In this document: positions 1 to 9,696 of the stretch, piece after piece | Numbering within the stretch: position 1 is the first letter of the stretch | Layout of the letters: every line of letters starts with the position of its first letter | NCBI GenBank assembly: GCA_963840205.1 | Contig: CAWIXZ010000014.1 | Span: forward strand, 3,039 to 67,038 | Direction: 5' to 3' | Length of the DNA: 64,000 nucleotides | From: an uncultured Chloroflexia bacterium | Lineage (GTDB): Bacteria; Chloroflexota; Limnocylindria; QHBO01 | The notes under the pieces: model-generated | Database searches by the model: none | The model's input: the letters and a program-made list of their open reading frames with translations, nothing else | What the model was told of the DNA's origin: nothing | Translations under genes and position numbers: made by a program

Positions 1-255
1 CGCGGCGGCGGCGTCGACGTCGGCGTAGGCCTCGGTGCCGGCCCGCGCCGCCGCGAGGTCGTCCTCTTCCGTGGCGGTCACGACAGCCGGGGTGGCGAGC
101 AGTGCGAGGAGCGCGAGGAGCGCGACCAGCAGTCGAACTGCAGTCGGCCTCGTGGGCCGGCGCCGTCCCTGGCGAGCCAATCGGGCGGCATCGGCCTCAT
201 TGTCGAACTGGCGAAGGCGATGCTTGTTCAACATGCTGACGGTGTAATCGTGCAT
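1..255 (-). CDS. partial CDS (3' end outside window): exported hypothetical protein
   Basis: ATG at 255 on the minus strand opens a frame that runs off the window start. The translation MHDYTVSMLNKHRL..RLLVALLALLALLATPAVVTATEEDD has a signal-peptide-like core. It is absent from the ORF track because there is no stop in the window. Confidence 0.35.
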   Translation of the reverse strand, partial: MHDYTVSMLNKHRLRQFDNEADAARLARQGRRRPTRPTAVRLLVALLALLALLATPAVVTATEEDDLAAARAGTEAYADVDAAAA

Positions 256-411
256 TGGTCTGCTCTTGCGGTTCTCGACAGGTAGCAGCGTCCGCGTTCT
301 GGAGCGCAGGACACATCGGGCGATATCCCCATACCGCGCTGAGTAACGCCCCATATTTGGCACCGGAGATCGCCTGACGATCTGGTTTGGCGGGAGCGTT
401 AGCATCGGTCG

Positions 412-3411
412 ATGGGGAAGCGAGTTTCCAGTCCGATCCTGGTCGGCCGGCGCGAAGCTCTTCAGCAGCTCGAGTCCGCGTTCGAGCGTGCGAGGCGAGG
501 CGAGCCTGGGTTGGTCCTGGTCGCCGGCGAGGCCGGGATAGGGAAGACCCGCCTCGTGAGCGAACTCGTTGCTCGGCTGCGAGGCACGGAGTGCCAGGTT
601 CTCGCCGGTGGGTGTGTCAGCCTCAGCGCCGAGGGGGCACCTTTCGGGCCGATCGTCGAGGGGCTGCGAACGCTCACGCGAGACCTTTCTCAGGCGGATC
701 TCGACGCGGTCATGGGGTCGGGCGCAGGGGGTCTTCTGCCGCTGCTGCCGCACCTCTCGACGATGCGGGACGTGACCGGATCAACGGGTATCTCTCCGGA
801 TACGGCAGAGGATCGCCTACTGGAGCTGCTCCTCGGCGTGGTCGGCCGGCTGGCGGCCCGGGCGCCGGTGCTGATGGTCGTCGAGGACATCCAGTGGGCG
901 GATCGTTCCACCATCGATCTCATCGCGTTTCTGGCGAGGAACCTCCGAGACGAGCGGGTCCTGCTGGTCACGACGTTTCGAACGGATGAGCCCCAGGCTC
1001 GTCGGCACATCCTGCCGTTGATCGCCGAGCTGGGACGCGGTGCGATTGCGGAGCGAATCGACCTCGAGCCGCTGAACCGAGCCGAGGTGGGGGAGCAGCT
1101 GTCCGCCATCCTGGGCGCACCGGCTGCGTCGAGCCTCGTCGACGAGGTGTACGCCAGGTGCCAGGGCAATGCCTTCTTCTCGGAGGAGCTGCTGGCCGCC
1201 GACTCGATGGCCGGCTCGATGCCTCGCACGCTGCGTGATGTCCTCTCCGCGCGTCTCGGAGCGCTCGGCCACGAGGCGCGGGAGCTCGTGCGCGTTGCTT
1301 CAGCGGCCGGCCGGCGTTTCTCGGAGGGCATGCTCGCGAGCATGACCGACGCGGAACCGGGATCGTCCCGCTCGGCGCTGCGGGAGGCGATCGACCACCA
1401 GATCCTGGTGCGTGAGTCCGGCGTCCCCCACGAGCATCTGGCGTTTCGGCACGCGCTCCTCCAGGAGCTCCTCTACGTCGATCTGCTGCCGAGCGAGCGG
1501 GTGCGGCTGCACGGCGCATGCGCGCGGGCCATCGAGGAACGCCTCGCAGGAGCACCGGATGCGGTGCTCGCGTCGGAGCTCGCCTACCACTGGGAGGCCG
1601 CGCAGGAGCCCGAACGTGCACTGCATGCCTCGATCGCGGCAGGGATGGCGGCCGATGCTGCCGGGGCGCGACACGAGGCCGCGTTGCAGTTTCAGCGCGC
1701 GATCGCCTTGTTGGATGGGCTGCCGGGATCGGAGGCCGCCTTACCGCTGGACCGCGTACAGCTCCTGGAGCGCGCGGCGGCGAACCTGCAGGACGAGCCC
1801 AGCCGCGCGGTGGAGCATGCCGTCGCGGCCCTCGCGCTGGTCGATCCGGAACAGGACCCGGTGCGCGCCGGCCTGCTCCATGCGGCGCTCGCCCGCTACC
1901 TGTGGTTCAGTGGTGACGGGGCCGGAGCCCTGGAGGCATGCCGCGAGGCCGTGCGGCTCGTGCCTGCGCACCCACCCAGCGTCGCTCGAGCGCGCGTGGC
2001 TGCCGGGCTGGGCCAGATCCTGATGATCCTGGCGCGCTGGGAAGAAGGCGTGGCGCCGTGCGAGGAGGCGGTGGCCATGGCGGCGGCCACCGGCGCCCGA
2101 TCGATCGAGAGCCACGGGCTGAACACGCTGGGCATCCTCACCGCCTACCTCGGCGATGTCGACGGCGGCCTGGTCTTGCTCAGGCGCGCGCTCGCGATCG
2201 CCGAGGAGATAGACAGCATCGACGATCTGGACCGAGCGTACGCCAACGTCCTGGATGTCCTCATCTTCGCCGCGGCACGCTACGACGAAGCAGGTGACAT
2301 CGGTCTCGAGGCCATAGGACCGGCAGGTGCGAACCGCTTCACCGGCGTCTCGGCTTCCCTCCTCCACAGCGATGTGGCAGCCGCGCTCTACTTTGCCGGA
2401 CGCTGGGACGAGGCTTGCGCCGTGCTCGATCGCGCACGGCTTCAGCCGGCCGGTGGCGCGGGCGGCATTGCCCTCGAGATTCGAGCTGCGCAGCTCCAGA
2501 TTGGCCGAGGGGAGCTCGAGGAGGCCGGCCCGCGGATCGAGGAGCTCGTTCGTGTGCTGGAGGAGGCGGCCGACCCCCAATGGATCGCGCCCACCGCCGC
2601 CGCGCAGGCGGAGCTCGCCATCTGGAATGGTGACCCGGCAGAGGCCCTGCGAGCGGTCGCCGAGGGGCTCCGTCGCTCGGAATTCGGGTCCGGCGCGAAC
2701 GTGTCGCGCATCGGCCCACTGCTCGCCCTTGGCGTGCGCGCTGCAGCGGACCTCGCGGAGCACGGACGACGCCATCGGTCCGACGCCTCATTGGACTCGG
2801 CTCACACCCAGGGGGCCGAGCACCTAGCCAGGATGCGCGCGATCCGGGAGGAGATTGCGATGCGCTGGCAGGTCCTCCAGCGCATCGCGGACTCCTTCTC
2901 GGGCCTGTGCGAAGCGGAGGCGACCCGCCTGAAAGGTCGGAGTGATCCCGCGGCATGGTCGACCGGCGCCGACCTCCTCCGAGGTCTGGGCCAGCCATAT
3001 CTTCACGCCTATGCGCGGTACCGTGAAGGCGAAGCGTTCCTTGCGGCGCCGCCCCGCGATCCACCGCGGGCGCGTGCCGCCCTGCGTGAGGCTCATGAGG
3101 TGGCTACCGGGCTGGGGGCGGCGCCTCTGCAAGCGGCCATCGAGAGGGTCGCGGCACGAGGCCGCGTCGATCTGAGCGCGGACGGGGCCCGCGGCAGACG
3201 GTCATCCGCGCCCGCCGGCTTGACCAGGCGTGAGCAGGAGATCCTGGGACTCGTGGCGGACGGACTGACAAATCGCCAGATCGGGGAGCGGCTGTTCATC
3301 ACCGAGAAGACGGCAGGCCACCACGTGTCCAACATCCTCGCGAAGCTGAGGGTGGCGAGCCGAGCCGAGGCGGCCGCGGCAGCCGTGCGACTGGGGATCG
3401 CGCAGCCCTGA
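412..3411 (+). CDS. LuxR-family transcriptional regulator with N-terminal AAA/STAND ATPase domain (LAL/MalT-like)
   Basis: Intact 999-aa ORF. Walker A GEAGIGKTRL lies near the N-terminus, followed by a long helical repeat middle. The C-terminal LuxR HTH is LTRREQEILGLVADGLTNRQIGERLFITEKTAGHHVSNILAKL. Confidence 0.9.
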   Translation: MGKRVSSPILVGRREALQQLESAFERARRGEPGLVLVAGEAGIGKTRLVSELVARLRGTECQVLAGGCVSLSAEGAPFGPIVEGLRTLTRDLSQADLDAVMGSGAGGLLPLLPHLSTMRDVTGSTGISPDTAEDRLLELLLGVVGRLAARAPVLMVVEDIQWADRSTIDLIAFLARNLRDERVLLVTTFRTDEPQARRHILPLIAELGRGAIAERIDLEPLNRAEVGEQLSAILGAPAASSLVDEVYARCQGNAFFSEELLAADSMAGSMPRTLRDVLSARLGALGHEARELVRVASAAGRRFSEGMLASMTDAEPGSSRSALREAIDHQILVRESGVPHEHLAFRHALLQELLYVDLLPSERVRLHGACARAIEERLAGAPDAVLASELAYHWEAAQEPERALHASIAAGMAADAAGARHEAALQFQRAIALLDGLPGSEAALPLDRVQLLERAAANLQDEPSRAVEHAVAALALVDPEQDPVRAGLLHAALARYLWFSGDGAGALEACREAVRLVPAHPPSVARARVAAGLGQILMILARWEEGVAPCEEAVAMAAATGARSIESHGLNTLGILTAYLGDVDGGLVLLRRALAIAEEIDSIDDLDRAYANVLDVLIFAAARYDEAGDIGLEAIGPAGANRFTGVSASLLHSDVAAALYFAGRWDEACAVLDRARLQPAGGAGGIALEIRAAQLQIGRGELEEAGPRIEELVRVLEEAADPQWIAPTAAAQAELAIWNGDPAEALRAVAEGLRRSEFGSGANVSRIGPLLALGVRAAADLAEHGRRHRSDASLDSAHTQGAEHLARMRAIREEIAMRWQVLQRIADSFSGLCEAEATRLKGRSDPAAWSTGADLLRGLGQPYLHAYARYREGEAFLAAPPRDPPRARAALREAHEVATGLGAAPLQAAIERVAARGRVDLSADGARGRRSSAPAGLTRREQEILGLVADGLTNRQIGERLFITEKTAGHHVSNILAKLRVASRAEAAAAAVRLGIAQP

Positions 3412-3466
3412 CGGCGCTCGGTTAGCGGCGAGGACGAGGTCGACTGGGCAGCAACCTGAAAGGGGG

Positions 3467-3682
3467 TCACTCCTCGCCGATGTCCTCGTCCACGAGCGCA
3501 TCGGTCTCGCCGTGGCGGATGGCGCTGTTCTGCTGGACCCGTCGGTTGTGCCTGACCGCCAGCACGGTGCCGTCGTCGGCGATCAGCGCAGCGTCGATGG
3601 GCACGCCTCCCTCGGATCGGCCGACGCGCGCCTCTGCGATCGCGTGCGCCACGCCCGCGCGGTTACGGTGGTGGATCTCCAT
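3467..3682 (-). pseudogene. truncated cytidine/cytosine deaminase-fold gene remnant
   Basis: The 71-aa ORF matches the N-terminal half of CDA-fold deaminases (GGVPIDAALI..DGTVLAVRHNRRVQ..HGE zinc-ligand motif). It ends before the PCxxC zinc motif. Only about 55 nt remain before the convergent LuxR stop. Confidence 0.55.
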
Positions 3683-3744
3683 CCGTCCTCCTCAGGTTGG
3701 CTCTCAGGTGCGTCGGTAGGGCTTGAGGTAGGCGCCGGGTACGG

Positions 3745-4257
3745 ATGGCGCATCCGCCCGAGCCCAACGAGAACGAGTGCGAGGTCGTGCCGGCCGAGAC
3801 CCAGGGCGTTATCGGGGTGTCGGCGCTCGGAGCGCTGAAGGAGAAGGCGCTCTACTCCAACTACGGATTCGGGATGAACGACGTCGCGGCGCCCGGCGGC
3901 AACCCGGACAACCCCGAAACCCCCGGCGCCTGCGAGAACGACGTCTTCAACACCTTCCCGGGGAATTCATACGCATGCATCTCGGGGACGTCGATGGCCT
4001 CGCCGCATGCCGCCGGAGTGGCAGCGCTGATCGTGAGCCAGTTCGGCCGGGTCGGCACGGACGGAGGAGCGACCGACGTGGTGATGCGGCCGCAGGAGGT
4101 GGAGAGCTATCTCCAGTCCACCGCGATCGACCAGGGTCTGCCGGGCTACGACGAGTGCTTCGGCAACGGCCGGATCGATGCGCTCCGGGCGGTTCAGCAT
4201 GACACCTCGCGGCTGTTCGACGCGAGTGCCCCGCACTGCCCGGAGTACGCCGAGTAG
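3745..4257 (+). pseudogene. C-terminal fragment of a subtilisin-like (S8) serine peptidase
   Basis: Carries the catalytic-Ser block SGTSMASPHAAGVAALI and the downstream S8 core, but no Asp or His catalytic blocks. There is no room upstream, because the deaminase remnant on the other strand starts about 60 nt away. Confidence 0.7.
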
Positions 4258-4285
4258 GGCAACCGGTCCCGATGACCTGGCATGG

Positions 4286-4313
4286 ACCGCCGCCGAGGAA
4301 ACCCGGCGGCGGT
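4286..4313 (+). terminator. GC-rich hairpin downstream of the S8 fragment (candidate terminator)
   Basis: Arms CCGCCGCCG (4287-4295) and CGGCGGCGG (4304-4312) flank the 8-nt loop AGGAAACC and are followed by TTCG. The U-tract is weak. Confidence 0.3.
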
Positions 4314-4437
4314 TCGCTACAAGGCACCTGAGGCGGCTGAGCGGCCGATTCGGGGCGCGACGCTCAGCCGGCTCCGTCACCCTCCGTTCGGGCTCGAGCA
4401 CGAGTAGCGGTCTTTGCGGGCGGCGGATGACCGACCC

Positions 4438-4653
4438 TCAGGTAGCGCCTCTCAGCCGGCGGAGGTCCTTCAGCGCCTTCTCGAGATGCAGGAGGGCGTC
4501 GCTGAGCTTGGCGTCCTCCTCGGCGGTGAGCTCCACGTCACCTACCTCAGCGACGTCACGCCCGGCGATGCGCTTGGTCTGCATCGCCATCTGCGCTGCG
4601 ATGTCGATCATCGTGGTCACGGTGGCTTGCTGTCTCGGGGTCCGGTCAGGCAT
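4438..4653 (-). CDS. hypothetical small helical protein (71 aa)
   Basis: Only an ORF with coding-like composition, co-directional with the SPFH gene. No motif recognised. Confidence 0.3.
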   Translation of the reverse strand: MPDRTPRQQATVTTMIDIAAQMAMQTKRIAGRDVAEVGDVELTAEEDAKLSDALLHLEKALKDLRRLRGAT

Positions 4654-4689
4654 GGCGGTCCTCCTGCGGCCGATCCGACAGTTCAGTCC

Positions 4690-4854
4690 TCAGCTGGTTC
4701 CGTTGCCCTCCGTACGGGGCCGGCGGACTGATGGGCGGTGTCGCAGCATTCGTCTCACGCGCCGGTAGAGGTACGCGTAGACGGCCATGCGGATCAGCGC
4801 GATCACCGTCCCCACGCCGAGCGACATGACCACCCAGGCGAGGAGCCCTCTCAC
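4690..4854 (-). CDS. small single-pass membrane protein (54 aa), coupled to the SPFH gene
   Basis: GTG at 4854 overlaps the SPFH stop (GTGA). The translation VRGLLAWVVMSLGVGTVIALIRMAVYAYLYRRVRRML.. is one TM helix plus a basic tail. Confidence 0.35.
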   Translation of the reverse strand: MRGLLAWVVMSLGVGTVIALIRMAVYAYLYRRVRRMLRHRPSVRRPRTEGNGTS

Positions 4855-5792
4855 GGAGCGGGCTCCTCGTCCGGCACTGCCTGACCCGTGAAGCCGCCCA
4901 CGTCGAGGATCAGGCCGCCGTCCGAGGGCACCAGCATGATCTGCACGTTGTCCTGGAGCCGCTGGATGGCCGTCCACTGGAGCAGCTCCGGGCTGAGCGA
5001 CTCGGTGAGTAGCCGGTTCGCCTCGGCCTCGCCGCGAGCCTGCTCGATTCGGGCGTTCGCCTCTCCCTCGGCGCGCACGACGGCCTGCTCGGCCTGGATG
5101 CGCTGCTGCTCGAGAATCTGTCGCTCGGTGGAGACGCGCTGCTCGGCGATCTGCTTCTCCTCGATGGCCTGGTTGTATTCGGCCGAGTACGAGAAGTTCT
5201 CGAGCAGGATGTTGTCGACCACGATCCCGTACGGCTCGAGCTCGCTGCGCAGGAGCTCCGACATGAGCTGCCTGATCTCCTCGCGCTCGTTGAGGACCGA
5301 GCTCGTCGGGTAGTCGTCCGTGATCGTCTTGGGGATGTCCTGGAGGCGCGGCAGGATGATCTTGGCCTCGTAGTCGGTGCCGATCTCCTGGACGATGGTG
5401 CTCGCCTCCTGCGATTGCAGGTGGTAGTTGAGCGTCAGCGTGAGAAACAGGTCCTGCTGCTCGCGGCTCGCCGCGGTGTAGCCCTCGAGGCGAACCTGCC
5501 GCACGCGAGTTTCGATGCGCTGCACGTCGTTCACGATGGGGAGGACGAAGTGCAGGCCCGGAGGCAATTCGGCCTCCTGCACCTTGCCGAAGCTGGACAC
5601 CACGCCTACGTGGCCCGCCGGAATCTCGACGAAGCCGCTGCTGACCAGCGCGGCCAGCAGCAGGACGCCGGCGAGCGCCCAGCTCCAGGTCGGCCCACGG
5701 CGCGGCGGGAGGGTGCCGGTGCGATCGATTGAGAGGAAGACCGCCAGGGCGACGGCGGCGACGAACAGCACGCCCAGCACGATCGTGAGCAT
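4851..5792 (-). CDS. SPFH/band-7 (prohibitin/stomatin-like) membrane protein
   Basis: ATG at 5792 is preceded by GGAGG. It has an N-terminal TM, an SPFH core (PGLHFVLPIVNDV..) and a coiled-coil tail AEQAVVRAEGEANARIEQARGEAEA. The longer track ORF (to 6092) is an antisense-overlap extension. Confidence 0.85.
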   Translation of the reverse strand: MLTIVLGVLFVAAVALAVFLSIDRTGTLPPRRGPTWSWALAGVLLLAALVSSGFVEIPAGHVGVVSSFGKVQEAELPPGLHFVLPIVNDVQRIETRVRQVRLEGYTAASREQQDLFLTLTLNYHLQSQEASTIVQEIGTDYEAKIILPRLQDIPKTITDDYPTSSVLNEREEIRQLMSELLRSELEPYGIVVDNILLENFSYSAEYNQAIEEKQIAEQRVSTERQILEQQRIQAEQAVVRAEGEANARIEQARGEAEANRLLTESLSPELLQWTAIQRLQDNVQIMLVPSDGGLILDVGGFTGQAVPDEEPAP

Positions 5793-5907
5793 TTGATGGA
5801 CCCCTCCTGCGGCATGTGATCGGCCATCGGCCGACGCGGTCAGCGTAATGGTTGTACCGGCCGCACCCATAGGCTCATCGCCCCACCGATGGGCGAAGAT
5901 AGGGCCA

Positions 5908-7069
5908 ATGACCCAGATCTCGTCCAAGGCCGCTTCCTTCACGGAATCCGTGATCCGCGAGATGACGCGGCTCGCGATGGCGCACGACGCGGTGAATCTC
6001 GCCCAGGGCTTTCCGGACTTCGCATGCCCGCAGGAGCTCAAGGACGCGGCATGCGCCGCCATCGAGGCCGATATCAACCAGTACGCCATCACGTGGGGCG
6101 CGCGCGACTTTCGCCAGGCGATCGCCGCGAAGACCGCGCATCACTACCCGGGCTGGACGGTGGACCCCGAGACCGATATCACCGTGACCTGCGGTGCGAC
6201 CGAGGGGATGATCGCGGCGATGATGGCAGTGCTCGATCCGGGCGACGAGGTGGTCGTCTTCGAGCCCTTTTACGAGAACTACGGCCCGGACGCGGTCCTC
6301 TCAGGCGCGGTGCCGCGCTACGTGACCCTGCACGAGCCGGACTGGAGCATCGACGAGGGCGAGCTGCGGGCCGCGTTCGGACCGCGCACGCGGGGAATTG
6401 TCGTGAACAGCCCGCACAACCCCACCGGCAAGGTCTTCAGCCGGGAAGAGCTGGATCTGATCGCAGAGCTGTGCCGCGAGCACGACGTCGTGGCCTTCAC
6501 CGACGACATCTACGAGCACATCGTCTACGCAGGGGAGCACATCCCGCTGGCCACGCTCCCGGGCATGGCCGAGCGCACGGTGGCCGTGAACTCACTGTCC
6601 AAGACCTACTCGGTCACCGGCTGGCGCGTCGGCTGGGTCATCGGCCCGCCACACCTGACCGCCGGCATCCGGAAGGTGCACGACTTCCTCACGGTGGGTG
6701 CCGCAGCGCCGCTCCAGGCCGCTGGAACCGTGGCGCTCGGCCTCCCCGACGACTACTACGCCCAGTTGGCTGACGGCTATCGGGCGCGCCGCGACCTGCT
6801 GCTGCCGGCGCTGGACGACGCGGGCTTTCGGACGTTCGCGCCGGACGGCGCCTACTACGCCATGGCCGACATCAGCGCGCTCGACCGACGAGGACGACGT
6901 CACCTTCGCCCGGCGCCTCACGGCTGATCCGGGGGTAGCCACCGTTCCCGGCTCGTCCTTCTACTCGCGTCCGGAGCTGGGTCGGACGAAGATCCGCTTC
7001 GCGTTCCCCAAGCGCCACGAGACCCTGGTGGAGGCCGCCTCCCGCCTCTCCCGGATCGCGGCGACGTAG
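5908..7069 (+). pseudogene. class I/II PLP-dependent aminotransferase (YbdL/kynurenine-type), frame-shifted as given
   Basis: Motifs NLAQGFPDF, SPHNPTGKVF and NSLSKTYSVTGWRVGW (PLP Lys). The frame changes near 6884-6888 (..ADISALD | DEDDVTFARRL..VPGSSFY). The last ~60 aa lie in ORF 6698..7069. Confidence 0.8.
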
Positions 7070-7073
7070 CCCG

Positions 7074-7841
7074 CTAGGCGAGACCCCGCGCTGCCCACGC
7101 CCGCGCAGTCACGACGAACGGCGGGGGCGGAAGCGTCGCGCGGCAGCGCTCGCGCAGCGACGCCCGGGACTCGGGGTCGAGGCCGGCCACGTAGGTGCCC
7201 GCCGGGCCGACACCGAGGGTGAAAGGCTCCCACCACGCCTCGAAGCTCGCGTGCTCCAGGCTGACCGAGAGAGGGGTGGCCTCGACGTCCCGGAGCCCGG
7301 CTGCGTCGAACAGCTCCGCGAGGTGGCCCTCGCGGGTGCCCGCACGGTGCGATTCGTCGTCGACCCCGGGGTCGAGCTCGCGCGCTGCCCGCCAGAAGTC
7401 GCTCAGCGGGTCGGTTCGGCCGGCGTAGTCCCACACGCACGCGGCGACGACGCCATCACGCCGAGTCACCCGCATCATCTCGGCCAATCCCGCGGCGGGG
7501 TCTGACATCAGATGGACCACGAGCTGCGCGAGGGTCGCGTCGAACGTCCGATCCGGAAAGGGGAGCTGCTCCGCAGGTGCCTGGACCACCTCGACCCCGG
7601 GATGCCGCGCCCGGGCGGCGGCGACGAACGGGGCAGACGGATCCGCGGCAGCCACCGCCTCGGCACCCAGCCGCGCGACCAGCTCTTCGGTGAGCGCGCC
7701 CGGTCCGCACCCGACGTCGAGCACGCGTTGGCCGTCCTTCACGCCGGCCAGGTCCGCCAGCTGCGCGGACAGCAGGCGGGAGTATCGGCCCATGAAGCGG
7801 TCGTAGGCATCCGCCGCCACGTCGAAGTTCACGGTCCGCAC
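7074..7841 (-). CDS. class I SAM-dependent methyltransferase
   Basis: GTG at 7841 follows GAGGGG. Motif I is VLDVGCGPGALT, with a post-I acidic residue and RDGVVAACVW. The long N-terminal extension in the track ORF is antisense to deoR. Confidence 0.8.
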   Translation of the reverse strand: MRTVNFDVAADAYDRFMGRYSRLLSAQLADLAGVKDGQRVLDVGCGPGALTEELVARLGAEAVAAADPSAPFVAAARARHPGVEVVQAPAEQLPFPDRTFDATLAQLVVHLMSDPAAGLAEMMRVTRRDGVVAACVWDYAGRTDPLSDFWRAARELDPGVDDESHRAGTREGHLAELFDAAGLRDVEATPLSVSLEHASFEAWWEPFTLGVGPAGTYVAGLDPESRASLRERCRATLPPPPFVVTARAWAARGLA

Positions 7842-7861
7842 TGTATCGCCCCTCACCGCCC

Positions 7862-7891
7862 TTGACACCACCTCTAACACAGCGATATAAA
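7862..7891 (+). promoter_or_regulatory. near-consensus sigma70-type promoter for the DeoR/PTS operon
   Basis: TTGACA (7862-7867), an 18-nt spacer, then TATAAA (7886-7891), inside the only clearly AT-rich patch of this intergenic region. Confidence 0.4.
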
Positions 7892-7902
7892 GGCAAACAC
7901 AG

Positions 7903-8685
7903 ATGAAACCAGACCTAACCAACATGTACGCAGAAGAGCGCCAGCGCTGGATCGTCGAGCGTGCCCGGGCCGGCGGGCGCGTCGAGGTCGCGGCGCTCGC
8001 CGCGGAGCTGAAGGTAACGACGGAGACCGTGCGTCGCGACCTGACGAGCCTTGAGCGCCAGGCCCTCCTGCGACGCGTGCACGGTGGCGCGATCCCGATC
8101 GAGCGCCTGGGATTCGAGCCCGCCCTGGCGGCGCGAGACACCGTGCTCACCGCCGAGAAGGAGCGGATCGCGAGGCTGGCACTCGCCGAGCTTCCCGACG
8201 AGGGGTCGATCCTCCTCGATGCGGGCACGACGACCGCGCGCCTCGCCGATGCCCTGCCGGCCGACCGAGAGCTCGTCGTGCTCACGAACGCATTGCCGAT
8301 CGCGATGTCCCTCTCGGTCAGGCCGAACCTCACCGTCCTGATCATCGGTGGCAGAGTCCGTGGCCGGACGCAGGCAGCGGTCGATGCCTGGGCGCTGCAT
8401 GCCCTTGCCGACAGCTATGTCGACGTCGCGTTCATCGGGGCGAACGGCATCAGCCCTGAGCGCGGGCTGACGACACCCGACACCACCGAGTCCTCCGTCA
8501 AGCGGGCAATGATCCGGGCCGCCCGGCGCTGCGTGGTTCTGGCCGATCACACCAAGGTGGGCCAGGACCATCTGTCGCGCTTCGCCTCGCTCGACGAGAT
8601 CGACACCCTGATCACTGACTCGGGACTCGATGCGCAGCTCGCCGACGAGCTCCGGGCCCAGGGTCCCAAGGTCCTGCTGGCGTGA
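7903..8685 (+). CDS. DeoR-family transcriptional repressor (sugar-phosphate responsive)
   Basis: The HTH is VEVAALAAELKVTTETVRRDLTSLE. The DeoR C-terminal sensor shows LDAGTTT and FIGANGIS. An alternative start is ATG 7924 (MYAEERQR..). Confidence 0.85.
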   Translation: MKPDLTNMYAEERQRWIVERARAGGRVEVAALAAELKVTTETVRRDLTSLERQALLRRVHGGAIPIERLGFEPALAARDTVLTAEKERIARLALAELPDEGSILLDAGTTTARLADALPADRELVVLTNALPIAMSLSVRPNLTVLIIGGRVRGRTQAAVDAWALHALADSYVDVAFIGANGISPERGLTTPDTTESSVKRAMIRAARRCVVLADHTKVGQDHLSRFASLDEIDTLITDSGLDAQLADELRAQGPKVLLA

Positions 8686-9629
8686 TCGTCACGCTCACGC
8701 TCAACCCGAGCGTCGACCGCACGGTCGAGGTCGAGACCCTCGCGCGGGGCGAGGTGATGCGTGCGCTGCGGGTGCGCGTCGATCCAGGCGGCAAGGGCAT
8801 CAACGTGTCGCGAGCGCTGGCGGCGCACGGTATCCCGACGCGCGCGGTGGTCACTGTTGGAGGAGCCGAGGGCGAGCATCTCGTCACCCTGCTGCGGGGA
8901 ACGGGCATCGAGATCGTCCCCGTCCCGATCCAGGGAGCGATCCGCTCGAACATCACCGTCGCCGAGCCCGACGGGACGACGACGAAGTTCAACGAGCCCG
9001 GTGCCCAGCTGAGCTCGGAGGAGCTCGCCGCGGTGGTCGCCGCCGTCAGGGACGCCGTCGCATCGGCCGAGTGGCTCGTCGCCAGCGGCAGCCTGCCCAC
9101 CGGGACGGCCGCCACCTTCTATGCCGACCTGGTCGAGATGCTCGCCGGTTCCGCGACCCGCGTTGCGGTCGACACCAGCGGCCCGGCCCTCGAGGCCGTC
9201 CTCGCATCGCGGCCGACTCTGGTCAAGCCGAATCGAGACGAGCTGGGCGAGGTGACAGGTCGACGATTGACCACCATCGCGGATGTGGTCGAGGCCGCCG
9301 GCCGCCTGCGCGACCTCGGGGCGGGGATGGTGCTCGCAAGCCTTGGGGCTGACGGCGCGGTGCTCGTGGACGAGGACGGCGCAATCCACGGCCGGACTCC
9401 GCCCGTTCCGCCCCTCAGCTCGGTCGGGGCCGGCGACGCCATGCTCGCCGGCTTCCTGGCGGCTGGCGGAAAGGGGGCCGATGCGCTCGTCGAGAGCCTC
9501 GCCTGGGGCGCGGCTGCCGTGCGCCAGCCCGGTTCCGGCATGCCATCGCCCGATGACATCGACCGCGCGGCCATACAGCTGGAGCGGCGCAGCATCCACT
9601 CGCGAAATCTGCTGGCCATGCCGCCCTGA
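8682..9629 (+). CDS. pfkB: PfkB-family sugar-phosphate kinase (1-phosphofructokinase/tagatose-6-P kinase type)
   Basis: The GTG overlaps the deoR stop (GTGA). Motifs are LNPSVDRT, GGKGINVSRAL and the C-terminal GAGDAMLAGF. Confidence 0.85.
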   Translation: MIVTLTLNPSVDRTVEVETLARGEVMRALRVRVDPGGKGINVSRALAAHGIPTRAVVTVGGAEGEHLVTLLRGTGIEIVPVPIQGAIRSNITVAEPDGTTTKFNEPGAQLSSEELAAVVAAVRDAVASAEWLVASGSLPTGTAATFYADLVEMLAGSATRVAVDTSGPALEAVLASRPTLVKPNRDELGEVTGRRLTTIADVVEAAGRLRDLGAGMVLASLGADGAVLVDEDGAIHGRTPPVPPLSSVGAGDAMLAGFLAAGGKGADALVESLAWGAAAVRQPGSGMPSPDDIDRAAIQLERRSIHSRNLLAMPP

Positions 9630-9696
9630 GCTTGGGGATTCGGGGGCGCGGCTCTCCGCCGAGAGCCCATGCATTGCTGAAGGGAGAGGGACACAA

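Noticed and set aside
3467-3510. The tail of the deaminase remnant (..VDEDIGEE) resembling the C-terminus of yeast-type cytosine deaminase, suggesting an internal in-frame deletion
   Set aside because: The match is too short and acidic to distinguish from chance. Simple 3' truncation explains the ORF equally well.
9283-9696. An N-terminal extension of the EIIC ORF overlapping pfkB
   Set aside because: The extension is low-complexity. ATG 9697 has a good SD and begins exactly where similarity to MtlA starts.
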